From Camelus dromedarius (taxonomy: Eukaryota), in the NCBI RefSeq assembly GCF_036321535.1, contig NC_087472.1:91762001-91826000 (forward strand): a stretch of DNA of 64,000 nt, given 5' to 3'. A program made the position numbers and the translations under genes. The notes beneath the pieces were generated by a model. That model was not told the DNA's origin. It did not search any database and worked only from the letters and a program-made list of their open reading frames with translations. Every line of letters starts with the position of its first letter. The stretch's first letter is position 1. Shown here piece by piece: positions 38,990 to 52,831 of the stretch.

Positions 38990-39390
38990 GCCACGTGGTC
39001 TTCCTTTTCTTCCTCAAACACAACAAACTCATTCCTGTCTCAATGTCTTTGTCCTTTGGACTGAACAGCTGTTAATGCCAGATCTTCTCCTGGTTGTCCC
39101 CTTCTCTTGATTCAAAGTTCAACCATGATTTTATCTCTTCCAAGTAACCTTTCATAGCCGCTCTGTAAATTAACCTCCTCAGGTAGTCACTTCCTATTGC
39201 ACCTCCCCAGGTTGTATTGACATTGCATGTTATCACTGTCTGAAATTTTTTCATTGATTCAGGGACTTGCCTTATGAGTCGCCTTCTACCCAAGAGTAAG
39301 ACCCATGGGTCAAGAACACTGTCTGATTCTTTATTATGTCCCCAGTAACCAGAACAATGCCTGATGTTGATGAATACATGAAGCAAGGAA
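38990..39390 (+). mobile_element. L2 LINE 3' remnant
   Basis: ttcctcaaacacaacaaactcattcctg; tccccagtaaccagaacaatgcctga..tgaatacatgaa. Confidence 0.55.
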
Positions 39391-42300
39391 AGAAGGAACT
39401 TTTACAACTTACCTTCAAAGAATGTCTTATTGTCTACTTTCATTTCAGATGTGGAATTCAGAGGTCTGAGAGGTCACAGAATGTGTTCCAAGTCTCCCAA
39501 CTTAAAGCAAATGACTTGTCTCCTCTTCAGCCTATCCTGCTTGTCCCCTCCAGGGCTTCCATGCGGTTAGGTCAGCAGATAAACAACTCTGTCAAGCACA
39601 ATCTTAAAGGGGGTCTAGAAAAGACCAAAATAGATGACCTGAGCAGTGTAAACAGCTGCTCTCCTCTGCCGGAATCTCAAAACAAGCCCTAGGAACATTC
39701 CTCTGGTGCTTTTTCGCCCATAAATTTTATGAGGTAAACGAAGTCTTTTAATGTTTAAATAAATTATTAAACATCATCAGCTCAAATCAATAGGTCTTAA
39801 TGGCGTAATGACCTTACTTAACCACAAATAACATGTGACCTAAAAGTTGAAAATTAAGGTTCTCTTCTGAGACTGAATGTGAACAAAGTGCTTAAGGTGA
39901 TCAGCCGCCCAAAGCAGCTATTTACAAATGGATGGCTGAGGAGTTAACATTCACATTCCAAGTACCAAGAACAAGGCATGGTTATATTGTGATACTTAAA
40001 GCCGTATTGTCTAACAGGAGAGTGAGGAGCACCTGGGAATTCAGAAAGAGGAAATATCAGCAATCAGAATTGTCTCTGTCTTTCCAGTTCTGCGTAAGGA
40101 AGACCAGGCCCTGAATAGAGACTTTGCATAACAGCTTTATCTCAGTGGTGGAGATGGATATATCAGGACACTTGACATTAAGTTCTTCCTAGTCATTTTC
40201 CTCTTTATGATTCCACATTTTGCAAACAAATTTTAGTTATGATTTGGCTTTCCTACAAGGTAAAAAGAATATTCTGTCCACCATTAATAATTGTCATTTG
40301 CTTTGAAGATAGTGTCTTCCATGCCTGATTAGCATGAGTCTGTACAAGGAAGAATGATCGTTCTTAGGTCTACTCTTAGACAACTCCAGATCATACTCTC
40401 AGACCCTTAACCATGAAGGCCACTGAAGTGCTATCCCAGTGGTCCTATCCTGAGCTGACTCCCTAAATACGTTGACAGTATGTATCATAGAAAAGTTGAA
40501 TTCTATAACCACAATACGGGCCTGGGACTGTATCTATGTGACCACCCATCAGCAGTGGAGCTGGAATGCTTAGAACATTAGAGGAAGTAAAACAAAACAA
40601 AACACTTATGCCCTCTGTGTGTGTGGAGGTGGGGGCAGTTAAATTTAATTTTTGTCTTCCTTTCTTTTTTTTTCCTAAGACAGAGATTAGAGAGCTGGAA
40701 CAAAGAGGAGGATTCTATACTGTTAATTTAGCCAAATTCTTAGATAAATCATAAGGAAAAAAATACAGGATGTTAATTTATCTGAGTCAGTATCACAACT
40801 GCTGAGGAGGAGGGAGAGTAAGACATTAAGGCTCAACTTCTATAGGTTGATGTTTCACTTTTACTTTTATTGATTTAAATGCTCTTTTTCTTTTCCAAAT
40901 AAATGGCTGTAATACTTTTCTGAGCAACTGCATCCACCCACTCTTGATTTTGGCACTTCCCCTGGGTGCGACCTAATATAGTAATAACTGCAAAGTTTTA
41001 CACAGATGCTCAACATAGAGATTAACTGTGCATCATTAAGAAGTAGCAATACTTACCATGGGTCTAGGGACATCGACATCTGCAATAAACCAGATATGAG
41101 GCTTTCATTTTAATGCCCTTGGCTTCTTGAAAAAATTTTTTACAAAATTAAAAAAAATTTCTGTATTAGCCCAGCTCTTTTTCCACATCCCACAGTGCTA
41201 CAGGTATGACACCTCATGTCTACAATAAAAAAAAATGATTCTTTTTCTGGGTTTCTTGTCACAAGTCTTTCCAGCAAAGACAGCTTATTTTCAGTTTCGA
41301 CATTTTTTTTCTTAACTAGAAGTTCATAGAACCTTCTTAAAACCACTTACTGGATAATAATTATAAAAGCATAAATGAAAATACACACATCTTATCTGGG
41401 ACTATTGTCTTCTTAAATGATCTAGCCTCTCATTTTAATCTTCAAGAGACATTTTTAGCTTTGTAGATATTCCTTCATCACTAAACCAACTCACAACCAC
41501 ATTTATAGATTTCAAAACAGGCTATCTAACTAAATACAGGTACAGTATAAGGACATATATATCTTCTGAGACTGAAAAAATTATATGTGTATATATAAGC
41601 ACACCATTTTTGTAAATATGTTCTTTCTTATAAGTCTTGTAATGTTTTTAGCCCAAGACATACATTCACTAATAACCAGGTACACAGAGAACCTTTTATA
41701 AATTCAAGAACTTTCTTCATATATTTGTTTTGATGTCATAAATGTGCAATAAGAAGTATGGGGTGCTATTAAATTGTCTCACCGTTCTTAATTTTAGAAA
41801 ATAAATGTAACTCTAGACTGAAGCGTAAAGAATAAAAATTCTCCTAAAATCAAAACCCTTTTTATATTTTTCGTACAATGGATATATGCTCATGCATCAA
41901 ATGGCAAACCACATTGCTTATTATTCCTAGCATTATATTCACAAAAATGGACCTTTGCTATTGTTTTCTTGATCTACTGGCATTGATTAAAAGAAGTTTG
42001 CATACGCAACTTATTCACATTGCTTTATTTCTGTTGGTGGTGGTGGTGGTATTGTTCAGTTCACAAAAAAAAAGTACTTCAAGTCATCATATCCTTGCAT
42101 TTAACCAGTGAAAGAGTAATCTTGAAAGAAAACATTTTACAAACTGGACACATACCCTGTTTATTTTCTCTGAAAAATGCACTCCCAATAAAGCAAGTCC
42201 ATTTTTTAAACCTTTCCCAATAGTATACAAAAATATTCTTACGCAAGTAATAAATTTATCTTTAAACATCGAACTTTTTTTGAAATTTAAAGCAGTCACA

Positions 42301-44964
42301 CCAAAAGTTATCATTGTTAAGTTTTAATCTAAACATAGAACACCTTGTGCTTATTATACAAACTGCTGTCATCATGTGCTCATATACTCTGTGTACATGG
42401 ATCTGGCAAATATATTCTGCCATTATGCATTAAATTATGTAAAAAAGTATAATCAGTGCAGAACTTGCCTATTTTTAAACAATGTTCTTTAACCATCCTC
42501 ATCAATACTTGTTTATAGACATAATTTCTTTTTGGAAAAAATTTAAGGCAAGTGCAATCAAAATTACAAAACCACTAGCTCTATTGCTAACATATGCAGC
42601 ATTCACATTTAGTGAGTGATCTCCTTCCCTCTTAAAAATGAAAGTACAAAATGCTAAGTATGTTATACTTGCTACAGTCGGTTTATGCAGTCTGAGCTAG
42701 AAGCCATAGTTAAAATCTGTAGAGATATCAACACAAACGTAAACCTCTTTGGAGATCTTTAAAGATATCAACACAAATGCTACACCAACAGGAATCTGCT
42801 ATCCCCTTCCTGTAATTTCTCATCGCATGTCCAGTTTATTCACGAAAATACACAGCAAGTTATTCAGATGCCCATTTTGAAGATGACTATGAATACAAGG
42901 TCACCTTATGGTGCAGAATGCTTAAGGTGCAATACTCCTAAGATCATCAGTTGTAAACTCATTTAATTCTATTGTGTTTCTATTTCATTTCAGTGATGGC
43001 ACAGATTCTGTAAAGTAAGAGAAAACTTAAAGAAAATCTTATCAGTAACTGTATTTCTATAGTTAGGCTTTGCTGAGGACATGTTATTTGCTAAGGACAT
43101 AATTTAAATGGAATCTGAAAAAATAAGTTATTTCACAGCCCTGGAAAAATAAAATCGACTAAAAGATAGGAAACTCATGGTAATAACTTTGGTGCTTTCA
43201 TAGGCTTTCTTATGATAGTTGCTGAGTGCAATGCCTCCCCCGTTTTTTATAAATAAATAATTCAAGGCTACTATGTAATGGAAAAAGTAGGAAATGGAAA
43301 CAATCACAGAATTTTTATGGCAAAAGCAAGAATGAGCTGACTCTCTCCTTTAAGATAAAATGCACCTTTTAAAGAAAAGTTAGTTGAACAGAAACCTGGG
43401 TATTTATCTTTAGCCTGTGCAAAAATGATTCACTGGGTAATTTCGCAATGGAGTACATTATCTTGGGAATTCATATAACTGTTTATTTAATGTAGCACAT
43501 GTATTGATTAAGGTCATTTAAATGTAATGCTAGTGTGTGTTTTTTATTAGAGTGCACACACATTACACATGCATGCACAGATGTTCACTAATTTAGCACA
43601 CTAAATACTTTATGTTGTCAAAGTTGGTAGTTTCGAATTGTTGTCCAGAAAATGTTCTGAAAATAAATCCAGCTCAATTGGTATATTATCTCTTTCAGTT
43701 TAGTGTAGAAAGATAAAAGGCTATATTGCAGTCAATAAAATTCTACTGTTGAATATTAATTTTTGGATGTTCTAGTGTAATAAAACTCTAGATAATAAGA
43801 GGGTCTACAGTGGCTGTGGAAGTCACTAGTATATGGGTGGAAAAACTTAAACCAATTCTCTAGAAACCCTTTGAGGTGGCCACACCACAAAGAGTGAATA
43901 ATAGTATTTTCTCTTAACCAACAGAAGCCACATCCTTGAAATATGCACATAGAATGAGTGACGTGATGAGGTTGCGAGAATCAGACATCAAATAGGATGT
44001 TCTTAAGAAACAGAAGCTAGCAGCCTCATCACTGGTGGTCATTTCTGGAATAAAAGGGGACATAAAGATCAACATTAGCCCTAGTGAGATAAATATATGT
44101 GATTGGAAATACATTGTTAGAATAAGTGACTGAGGTGTGAAATAAAGAACCAACCGGTTTGCCATTGCTGTGTATGTTATCACTCGGCTGAAACTGCAAA
44201 ATGATGCATATAATTTATCATCCCACATAGAATTAACTAAATTTTTCAGCACTGCATGAATGTAGCGTTGGACTTCATGTCATTTACTAGAATAGGATTC
44301 CCCAAATTACATGATCATAAAAACTTCCTGGAATTCTATTGTTTTGGAGTGAAGCCAGTAATCTATGCTTTTAACAAATGCTACAAGTGATTCTTATGGT
44401 AAAAGACATTTGGAAAAGTCTTTATTAGAGTTCATGTTTTGATAAATTCATTTTAATGTTAATGTTAATGTGAGGAAAAAACTGCTAATTAAGTCAAAAA
44501 ATAGCAAATTTAATATTGATGTATTCATTTTCACAACCAATACCTTTGGTATTCCCTGTCTAATTTTGCTATTTTCTTCCTTTACAGAAATGGAAGTGAC
44601 AATAAACCTGTATTCACTTAGAAGGAAGGTATTTTTTTTAATCAACACAACTATTAATTAGCTTATTTTTTTCTTGTACGATGGTACAATTACTTTTTGA
44701 AGTCATATAATTTATGACGAAGATGGACTCGATTTTCTTGACTAGTTCTTTATTTCCTTATTTTTGCAATATTCTCAAATAAAATGTAACTGTCTTTATA
44801 GTTCAGTTTTCCTAAACGACTTCTTTGTGTGTTCTGATGAACAAACTGGGAGGAATTATCAAAAAAGGAAAACCCAGTGTATGGTGACATTTATCCACTG
44901 CAAACTGTAATTTTGTATTCCAAAGAGTGATGGCAATTGTAATGACAGAAACAATAAATCCTAT

Positions 44965-45305
44965 ACCTGTGTTTCTCAGTGAGTGGTCTGTGGGCCTCCA
45001 CATTAGAATCACCTGTGAAGTATGTTAAGTAAATTCTGGGCCCCACTCCAGTACTATTGGAGTTCAATCTGAATTTCCATTTTTAACAAGCTGTCCAGGC
45101 AATTGTTCTGAAGTCTAAAATTTGAGACCCAACTGTTTGGCTCCTATAGTTTTCAACTCTGGTTGTTTTATAGAATCACCTGGAGGGTTTATGGAAAAAA
45201 CAATAGGGACAAACTCAGATTACTTTCATCTGACGTCTCTGGACTTTTGGGAGTTTTTAAAACTTCCCAGGTGATTCTAAGTGCACCCAGGTCTTAGAAC
45301 TATTA
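44965..45305. mobile_element. Two adjacent MER5-like hAT MITE remnants
   Basis: cattagaatcacctg..ctgggccccactcca..ttttaacaagct; tagaatcacctggagg..cttcccaggtgattctaa. Confidence 0.6.
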
Positions 45306-48300
45306 CTATTAGGCCCAAAAGAATGATGCTGTGAAAGAACTATCTCACCCTTTGCCAAACCTTCATGTCACAGTATCAAGCATGCAAAATCATAGTTTCT
45401 ATTCATACATTATAATTTTTAGCAATAAATTTCCCATTTTATTTAGGAAAAGCATGCTGAGGCCACTTAAGAAAGGATTTTCAGAGTCCGGTTTTCCTTT
45501 CAAGTTCATAGCTGTATAAACAGTTCGTTATTGCCAAGGACGATAGAATAACTGAGATATTTCATTGCTTAATTTAATTTAGTTCTGTTTGTTGTTCATG
45601 TAGACTTTTGGCATGTTCTTGTGCCCTCTGATTTTTGGGATGGTTTCCTTCTATGGGGTTTATTTTCCATGAGTTAGAAGTTGGACTGCCTTAGCAGTTG
45701 TTCCATAATCCAGTCATTCATGAATGACTTTGATGACCTTTGCCATCTATCACCTTCCCTACGCTATTATTTACCTATATTTTTGTTTAAATCATGTAGT
45801 AGAGAGTATTCTACCAGAAATAGTGTCCATAAAGTCAGGTTTGATGTACTACTTAAAAAAACCCTAACATATTCTAAATCAAATACATAATTATAAATAA
45901 AGATCTCCCTCTGTGTACCATCTCAAACCAACATATCACTGGGATAAAAACCCCTAATTTGGACAAATAATTGGCTAAACTATTTGTCAAATTTAGATGT
46001 TCTCTAACCTTTAGAACTTCACCCCACCCTCCCCCACACAGAGAAGTATCACTGGGCATTAAACATTGATTGAAAATTCAAGCTTAATGAACCAATGTGT
46101 TTGAATTACTCTTACAGGCCACACATACATGTTAAAAATCCTACAGCATTAAGTGAACAGGTCACACTAATTTAATTCTCTGAATATTTGTTTCATTCTA
46201 TGTTTCTTATTTTCTAGTCAATGTAGATCTGATGTCAATTAGGAATCTTCCAGAAATAAGATGTTCCTTGAGTATCAGTCTTTTAACCACCTGTTAATAA
46301 TATGAGCATGATTGAAAGTTCCTGAGAATGTATGTGTGTGAGGTGCACAAATAGTCCCAAATACTCTTCAACTATAGAGTTCTCTCCTGATATTTTTAAT
46401 AATGGGTCAGGTCCTATGATTCACAATTTAAAATGCAATATGGAAATGACACATTGAGTCATAATCCATATAACATTTTTCTTTTTCAGTAGAAGTTATT
46501 TTTTTTCACAATGAAAAACCCTACCGAGGTAGAAATGACTTTATGAGATTTTAAATATGTTAATTACTTTGAAGTCCAACTGGAAATAATCTTACGGTTT
46601 AAAAAATATTACTTTCAATTATTCATAATGATTTATCTCTGCTTCATCTTTGATAAGTGTTTCATAAACAGCTGTCCTAAGATATGAATTTTGCCTAAAC
46701 AGCTCATTTATTCTGAGAGGTTTATGGTTGTTCACTTGTTACGCTTGTGATGGAAAGATTTACCACTATCCCTTCCCCCCAAATAAATAAATAATAACCT
46801 TATTTATCTTTAACATAAAATGAAAAATAAGGCCAAAAACATTTCCCTTTAGGAATAACTGTGCACTATGAGTAGGTGCAAATAGAGTAGAAAAAAAAAT
46901 AAGATGATTAAAGATCTTGGTCACTTTAAAATATTACCTGAGGGGACTTTATTTTAAGGTCCTTATGTGAGTAGTACCCTAAAAAGAAAGGAATAAAATA
47001 CCTGGGGAGCAAGAAGTAAGGAAAAGAAACAGCAAAGAGAATTCACACGTTATCATTCCTTTCATTTTGTTTCTCAAAGAATTTGATGAAACAGATGAAG
47101 GAAAGATGCAGAATTTAACCTTGAAAAGATCATTAATGTGATAGTAACTTCTAAGTGATTGAGTTTGTGATTCAAACTTCTCACAAATCCAGTAGTGAAG
47201 CAAAAAAGACAGATTGCAAATGCACTTGACTTTTCAACAAGGTTTTTCTCTTTGTTCAGCCAATTGGCCATTTAAGTCCCTTTCTTCATAATCATAATAG
47301 GATCGAAGTTTAAGAATTATAAGCTTATACAGACATGAACAGAGAGGGAGAGAAAAGTATAACAAGAGTTATCAAATTAACGAAGGTACTTACATAGGTT
47401 CCAACAACACATTATTTAATTTATTTTCATCTACGATCAGGTAGAAACCAGAAGAAACATTTGTAGCTTAATAAATAATTTAATTTCTTGAATTTCTATG
47501 TAACATATAAATTTATTTTTACAGGATATATAGAGAGCATACTCATAGAGAGCAACAGACTTATGAAACGACTATAAAACACAAATTATAATTCAAGTTT
47601 AAAATTTCTCATTTTTACACTTGTATTTGTCTATTTTCCTATTGCTAGTCAAAGCAAAACCAAATATATAATCGTAAGTATTCTAAGAAAAAAAGGAGCG
47701 CCTCCATCACCTACACATGAGTTACATACATTCTAGATTGTACAAAATCAAAGAGGGTAGGCAAAACTAAAGAGAAACACTATGTAAAATGCACTTTTTT
47801 ACTGACTGTTAAACATTTCTGAGAGTGTCTGAGTTTAAAATTTGACTTGAACACCAGCAGAGGAAAATGACTAAATTCACTTTCCTATTTGGGTTCCCTC
47901 AAACTCTGAAAATGCAAAAGTTTTTACAATTCAATAGCAAGTTATATGAACATATTTCCACTACTTTGGTGGAAAGAACACTCTAAGGAGTCTAGCTACC
48001 AGGAGCATATGTTGCAAGGAATATGGACAACTGTCCATGTATCCTAACATAAAGATGTGTTCATCCCAGTTGAGAATTAACCTAAAACACTCACGTCTGA
48101 TCTCCCCAAATTTAGTCTCTCATTGACTAGTAAGAATAGATCCAAATTACTTTGCCACATGTTCATGCACTATGTAATATGTCATTTTACATTAAATCTT
48201 TTTTTTTTTTGTAATGACCAGCATGCCCTTTGAAACTTAAGGTTATCTGGACTATGAAGACTGAAATTTACACAACATCAATATTACATGTAATAGTCTC

Positions 48301-51249
48301 AAGTTCATGTGTAGTTCTTCGGTTTCTACTCATTAAGTAGTGGAGGGAATACAGTGTAATGACTTAGAGCAATTGCCTTTGTTAGTAAGAGAATACTTTT
48401 CAGGCTGTGGACCCTGGGGGATGCATCAACAAAGGTAGTGAATGGTAGAAAAACAATAATGCCTTACTTGACTTACTTCAATGAACAATCCAGAAACATG
48501 AGTTTGTCAGTGGACTCAGAGACTATTTAGAGGAACGTTTACTAAAGAGCAGAAGGAAATTTTTCTTTTTATGTTATCTTATGTGTCTATAATGGAGAGA
48601 TGTTTTGTATTTTGAGCCTGGAAGGAAGAAATGATACTTGATGGAAGATTAGAACAGAGTTCCTTCTTTTCATTCTGGGCCTTTTCTATGCATGTAACTG
48701 AAGTTTGATGATGACAAAACACACAAAATTAGGATTAGGATCAAGTCATAATCATCATCCTTTATCCAAACTCATACAGGTCTTACAGTTCTGTGTGGCA
48801 GTATCTTAGTTATTGAGACAGCACAGACTTTCATTTTGTTGCCAATCGTGAGTAAAAAGTAAAACTTTAAATAACTACCACCTCTCTTCAGTTTAGCCTC
48901 TAAATTCTTCGTCCTGCCCCAAAGTTGTATCATAAGTTCTAAAACTGGCCAAAGCACAGCTACTGAAAACAAAGCGTGTAGCCAATTCTAAATCTTAGCA
49001 TAAGAAAACTGTATCCCTTTGGAAAAACAGGTCAAATGGTTGTTTCTTCTACTCCTGCACTAGATTAATTCTTCTAAGTTTTGTTGTAAGAAACGTGATT
49101 AAATCCAAACCATAAAAAAGTTTAATGAAATAAGGCATCATGCCAAATGGCCTGATTTCACACTCCCCCAAACTATCTTTTGAGTAAATTAAGAAGTGAG
49201 TAAACTATCATAGTAGTTAGTCAACTCTCATTTATTTGGGTGTGAATTACTTGTCATCAAGGAAAGTTTTTCCTCACTATAAACCAAGTCTCCCACAAAG
49301 TTGGGTTATGTTGGAAGAGGAATTGCCTCTGTTTGTTAAAAGAACAATAATCATCCCCTGAATTTTCATGAGTGAAGGTAAGGAATAGTAGCCATCACAG
49401 AGTCTGCAAGATATATGGTTTTTCCGAATGTCAGTTTCTGAGAATATGCTCTAAATCCAAACATCAATAACCTTTTAGGTGACAGATGTCTTTTGAGACT
49501 CAGATCCCAGAAGACATAGTTTTGCCCACATTCAAAATTTTGTCTGGAATTTCAAGGGCTTTGTTATTTCCTTTAATCCTTTTTTATAGACTCAAGGTAT
49601 CCTTGAACCCAAGTTTAAGGTTTATTGTTAAGAATAATCCAAACTTGACTGTTGGTTACATTCTTTCTTCAGAACAATAAATTGGGAAGGGTTAGTGATA
49701 AGACAAGGAATATCTCTGTTTCCATGAACATGCTGCTCCCACTAGGGAACTCAGTTGCATCATCATCTCTTTGTAATAACAATATATATTGTTAAAAAAC
49801 TCTTCAGTGATAGGGCATATGTGTCTGCAGGTAGGATTTGTTACTCATTCAACAATAGTTCACCCTTCTTAATCAACCATGACAATAATGGGAATAATGA
49901 ACAAGCAAGTTCAGATCACAAACAGTAAGGGATTTTCCTCTTTTGTGTCTACGGATTCTCTTAGTTCCATTCATCTTACTTGCACAAGTAAAATTTAGTA
50001 AGCTTTCTTCTGGGACTAATGATTTAACTTAAACTAAATTTTAAAAAGACAGAAATTAAGCACAAGATAAAAATCACTTCTTAGAAAGAGGAGAACTAGG
50101 GTGTCATTCCAGAATCAGAAAATACTTTACAAGTGTACGATTTAATGTTCTCCTGGAAACGGTGATCTTAATTCACATAAGTGGTATCTGTGAAAGTTAA
50201 CGACTATTCTAGGATAAACAAAACTTACTTGGTGTTTAGGATTGGCTCTCAGTTAATATTTGTTCTTGTTATAAAATGCTAAATAATAACGAAATAAGGA
50301 AGAAAGCAGTCTCTAGGTATTTAGGTCCATAAGGTTCAAATACATAGACTATGAAGAAAGTAATAAACACAAAATGGTTGACTGAACAATCAGTTGTTTA
50401 GCTATAGAAATGTAGTAGCTTCAGGTCTCTTAACTCGTTGTGTCTTAGATTTACTTCGTATAATTGATCTAAACGTAAACCCACTGGCTGCATGAGATAC
50501 AAATTTCTTCTCTGCCCGTAGGAGTCGTAAGGAATGGATTACAAATTAAATAATCAAAGATTTGAGCACCAGTATAAAGGGCAGGACGCTCACAGGCAGC
50601 AAGTAGAGGTTACATTAAAGAACCAGGTGGACTTTCGAATCCATAATATGTCACTGAGAGTCTGAGCAGCGATTGATGAAAAACAGGCAAGGCCAAACAT
50701 CACGCATGTCCAAGTCCAGAAGCCCATTATCTCCCTCAGCTTGGCTAACATAGTCACACTTCCAACTATGTTTTTACAACTAGCATATTCTTATTCCCCA
50801 TAGCCCCCACCAAAAAAAAGAGAAGGATGAAACCTAAGCACTAGGGAAAATACATTTTCTTCTCTCTTTATTGTGAATTCTAACATAACTTTTGTTAAAC
50901 ATAGAGCACGTGAACACATGACAGTTTCCTTCATTTGTTCTCACAAGGAGCTGATAGAGGAATACTTGGGAGGAATGTTTCTAAAGCCAGAGATAGCTTC
51001 TTCTCCATTTATTTCATTTTCTAAAAATATGACAAAGCATTAGAGGAAAAGAAAGGTTTTAAGTTGTGAGAATATCAAATATTACCCATCAATCCCTGAA
51101 TCATGCTATTCAAAGTGCTTAAATCTACACTAAAAATAGAACAAAAAATGTACTCCCAATGCAGCTAAATTAACACCTATGGATGCCTAAAATATGACTG
51201 TGGTCTGATTACTTCCCCTACATTTATTCCACACTTCCATCGTACACTT

Positions 51250-51253
51250 AAAA

Positions 51254-51299
<46 letters not shown>

Positions 51300-51315
51300 G
51301 AAACAAACAAACAAA
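51250..51315. repeat. (AAAG)n/(AAAC)n microsatellite
   Basis: Directly visible. Confidence 0.95.
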
Positions 51316-52256
51316 CCAGGCCATTGCCATGTTTGCAGTTTTCTGAGCACTGGGGGGATCTGGAATCCAGTCCAATGAGGTTCACTGCCACCAGTCCCTG
51401 ACAAGTGTCCATAGTACAAAGTAAACAATGGCCTTCTTGGATTCTGAAAATAACCCAATGTGCAAAGCTGACCTTCAAGTTTATGTGTCCTTGCAGCTTC
51501 AATTCTGGTTTGTGAAAATGTGACACAGGTCCAAGGGGAGCTCGAGAAGAAAGAACAGATTGTAGAGAAGGACCCAGGTGAGTTGTCAGGGAAATAAGCA
51601 TTTTTTCACCAAATAAAAATCAATGTACATCCCAAGGCTCCTTTCCCTTGTCACACAAATATGAGACTTTTGCATTGTTACAAAATTTTTATAATCACCT
51701 CTCATACATTTGCAATTCAATTTTACCCTCCCCAGTGAACTCGGCTGAAGTTTACGTTTTAGTGCGTGTGGCCTACTCACACCTTAGTATTGTGACCACA
51801 GCTGCTTCAGAACTGTGTTCTCGTTATACGCTGTTAGGAAGAAACCAAACATACAAGTCACTACACAAGCCCACAGACAAGGACCGGAATGGAAGTTCCT
51901 ACAGTGAGTCACTGAAGTAATGTGTAAGTTCTATTATCAGTGTTTTCATCACATTGATTTTTTTTTTTTAAACTAAAAGCTACTTAGGTAATATTTCCCT
52001 TGAGGAATTGTGCCCTCTGCAAGTTCCTTTATGATTGATTTTGCATCATTTTCAACATGAATATGTATTAGCTGCTTATGTCATCGATTTCAAACATAAA
52101 GCTAAATGGTAAGGAATGTATTTCCTGGGAGCATCAGCTTTCTGTTTCTGAAAGACAGAATTATACGGTTAAAATAAAACTAATTCTTTATACAGTAAAA
52201 TTAATTATTTTAAATACTTTCTCATCTAATTTAAAAACTATTTTGTGTAAATAATG

Positions 52257-52799
52257 TTTATTTTGAAAATACTGATTTCTGTTGGTATTCATATGTTTGA
52301 CCTCCTGAGTTCTTATATAAACACTTTGATATTAATAAGTGTTGCTTATGTTCACAAACTGAAACCACACACTTGATTCTGAATATAGCAGTGAAAATTA
52401 AATACAGCGAATTAACATTTAAATACAAGGGGATCCCATAATAAGTTTCACAGATTTGTTCTGACTCTTTAGAAAATAACATTTTGTATAATACAAGGTG
52501 ACAAAATATATTTGATGACACATCCTATCCTTCCCTTTGGTTTGGAAGCCTTCAACGTAAATTTCATTTTGACTTGTGTTGATTCACCCTTTTGAGTTAA
52601 CTTGCCTGGCATTTGCACATAATCTCATTTGCAGAAAAATTATAGAGGGAAAAGAGGAAGTAGAATATTAAACAAAAACAGCCACAAACACATTCATGCC
52701 TTTCCAGGAAGTGATCAAATATAGGGCTTGATTTTTTTTGTTGTTTTTTTGTTTTTTTGTTTTTTTTTGTTTGTTTCTTTTGTTTTGCTGTGTGTTTTT

Positions 52800-52831
<32 letters not shown>

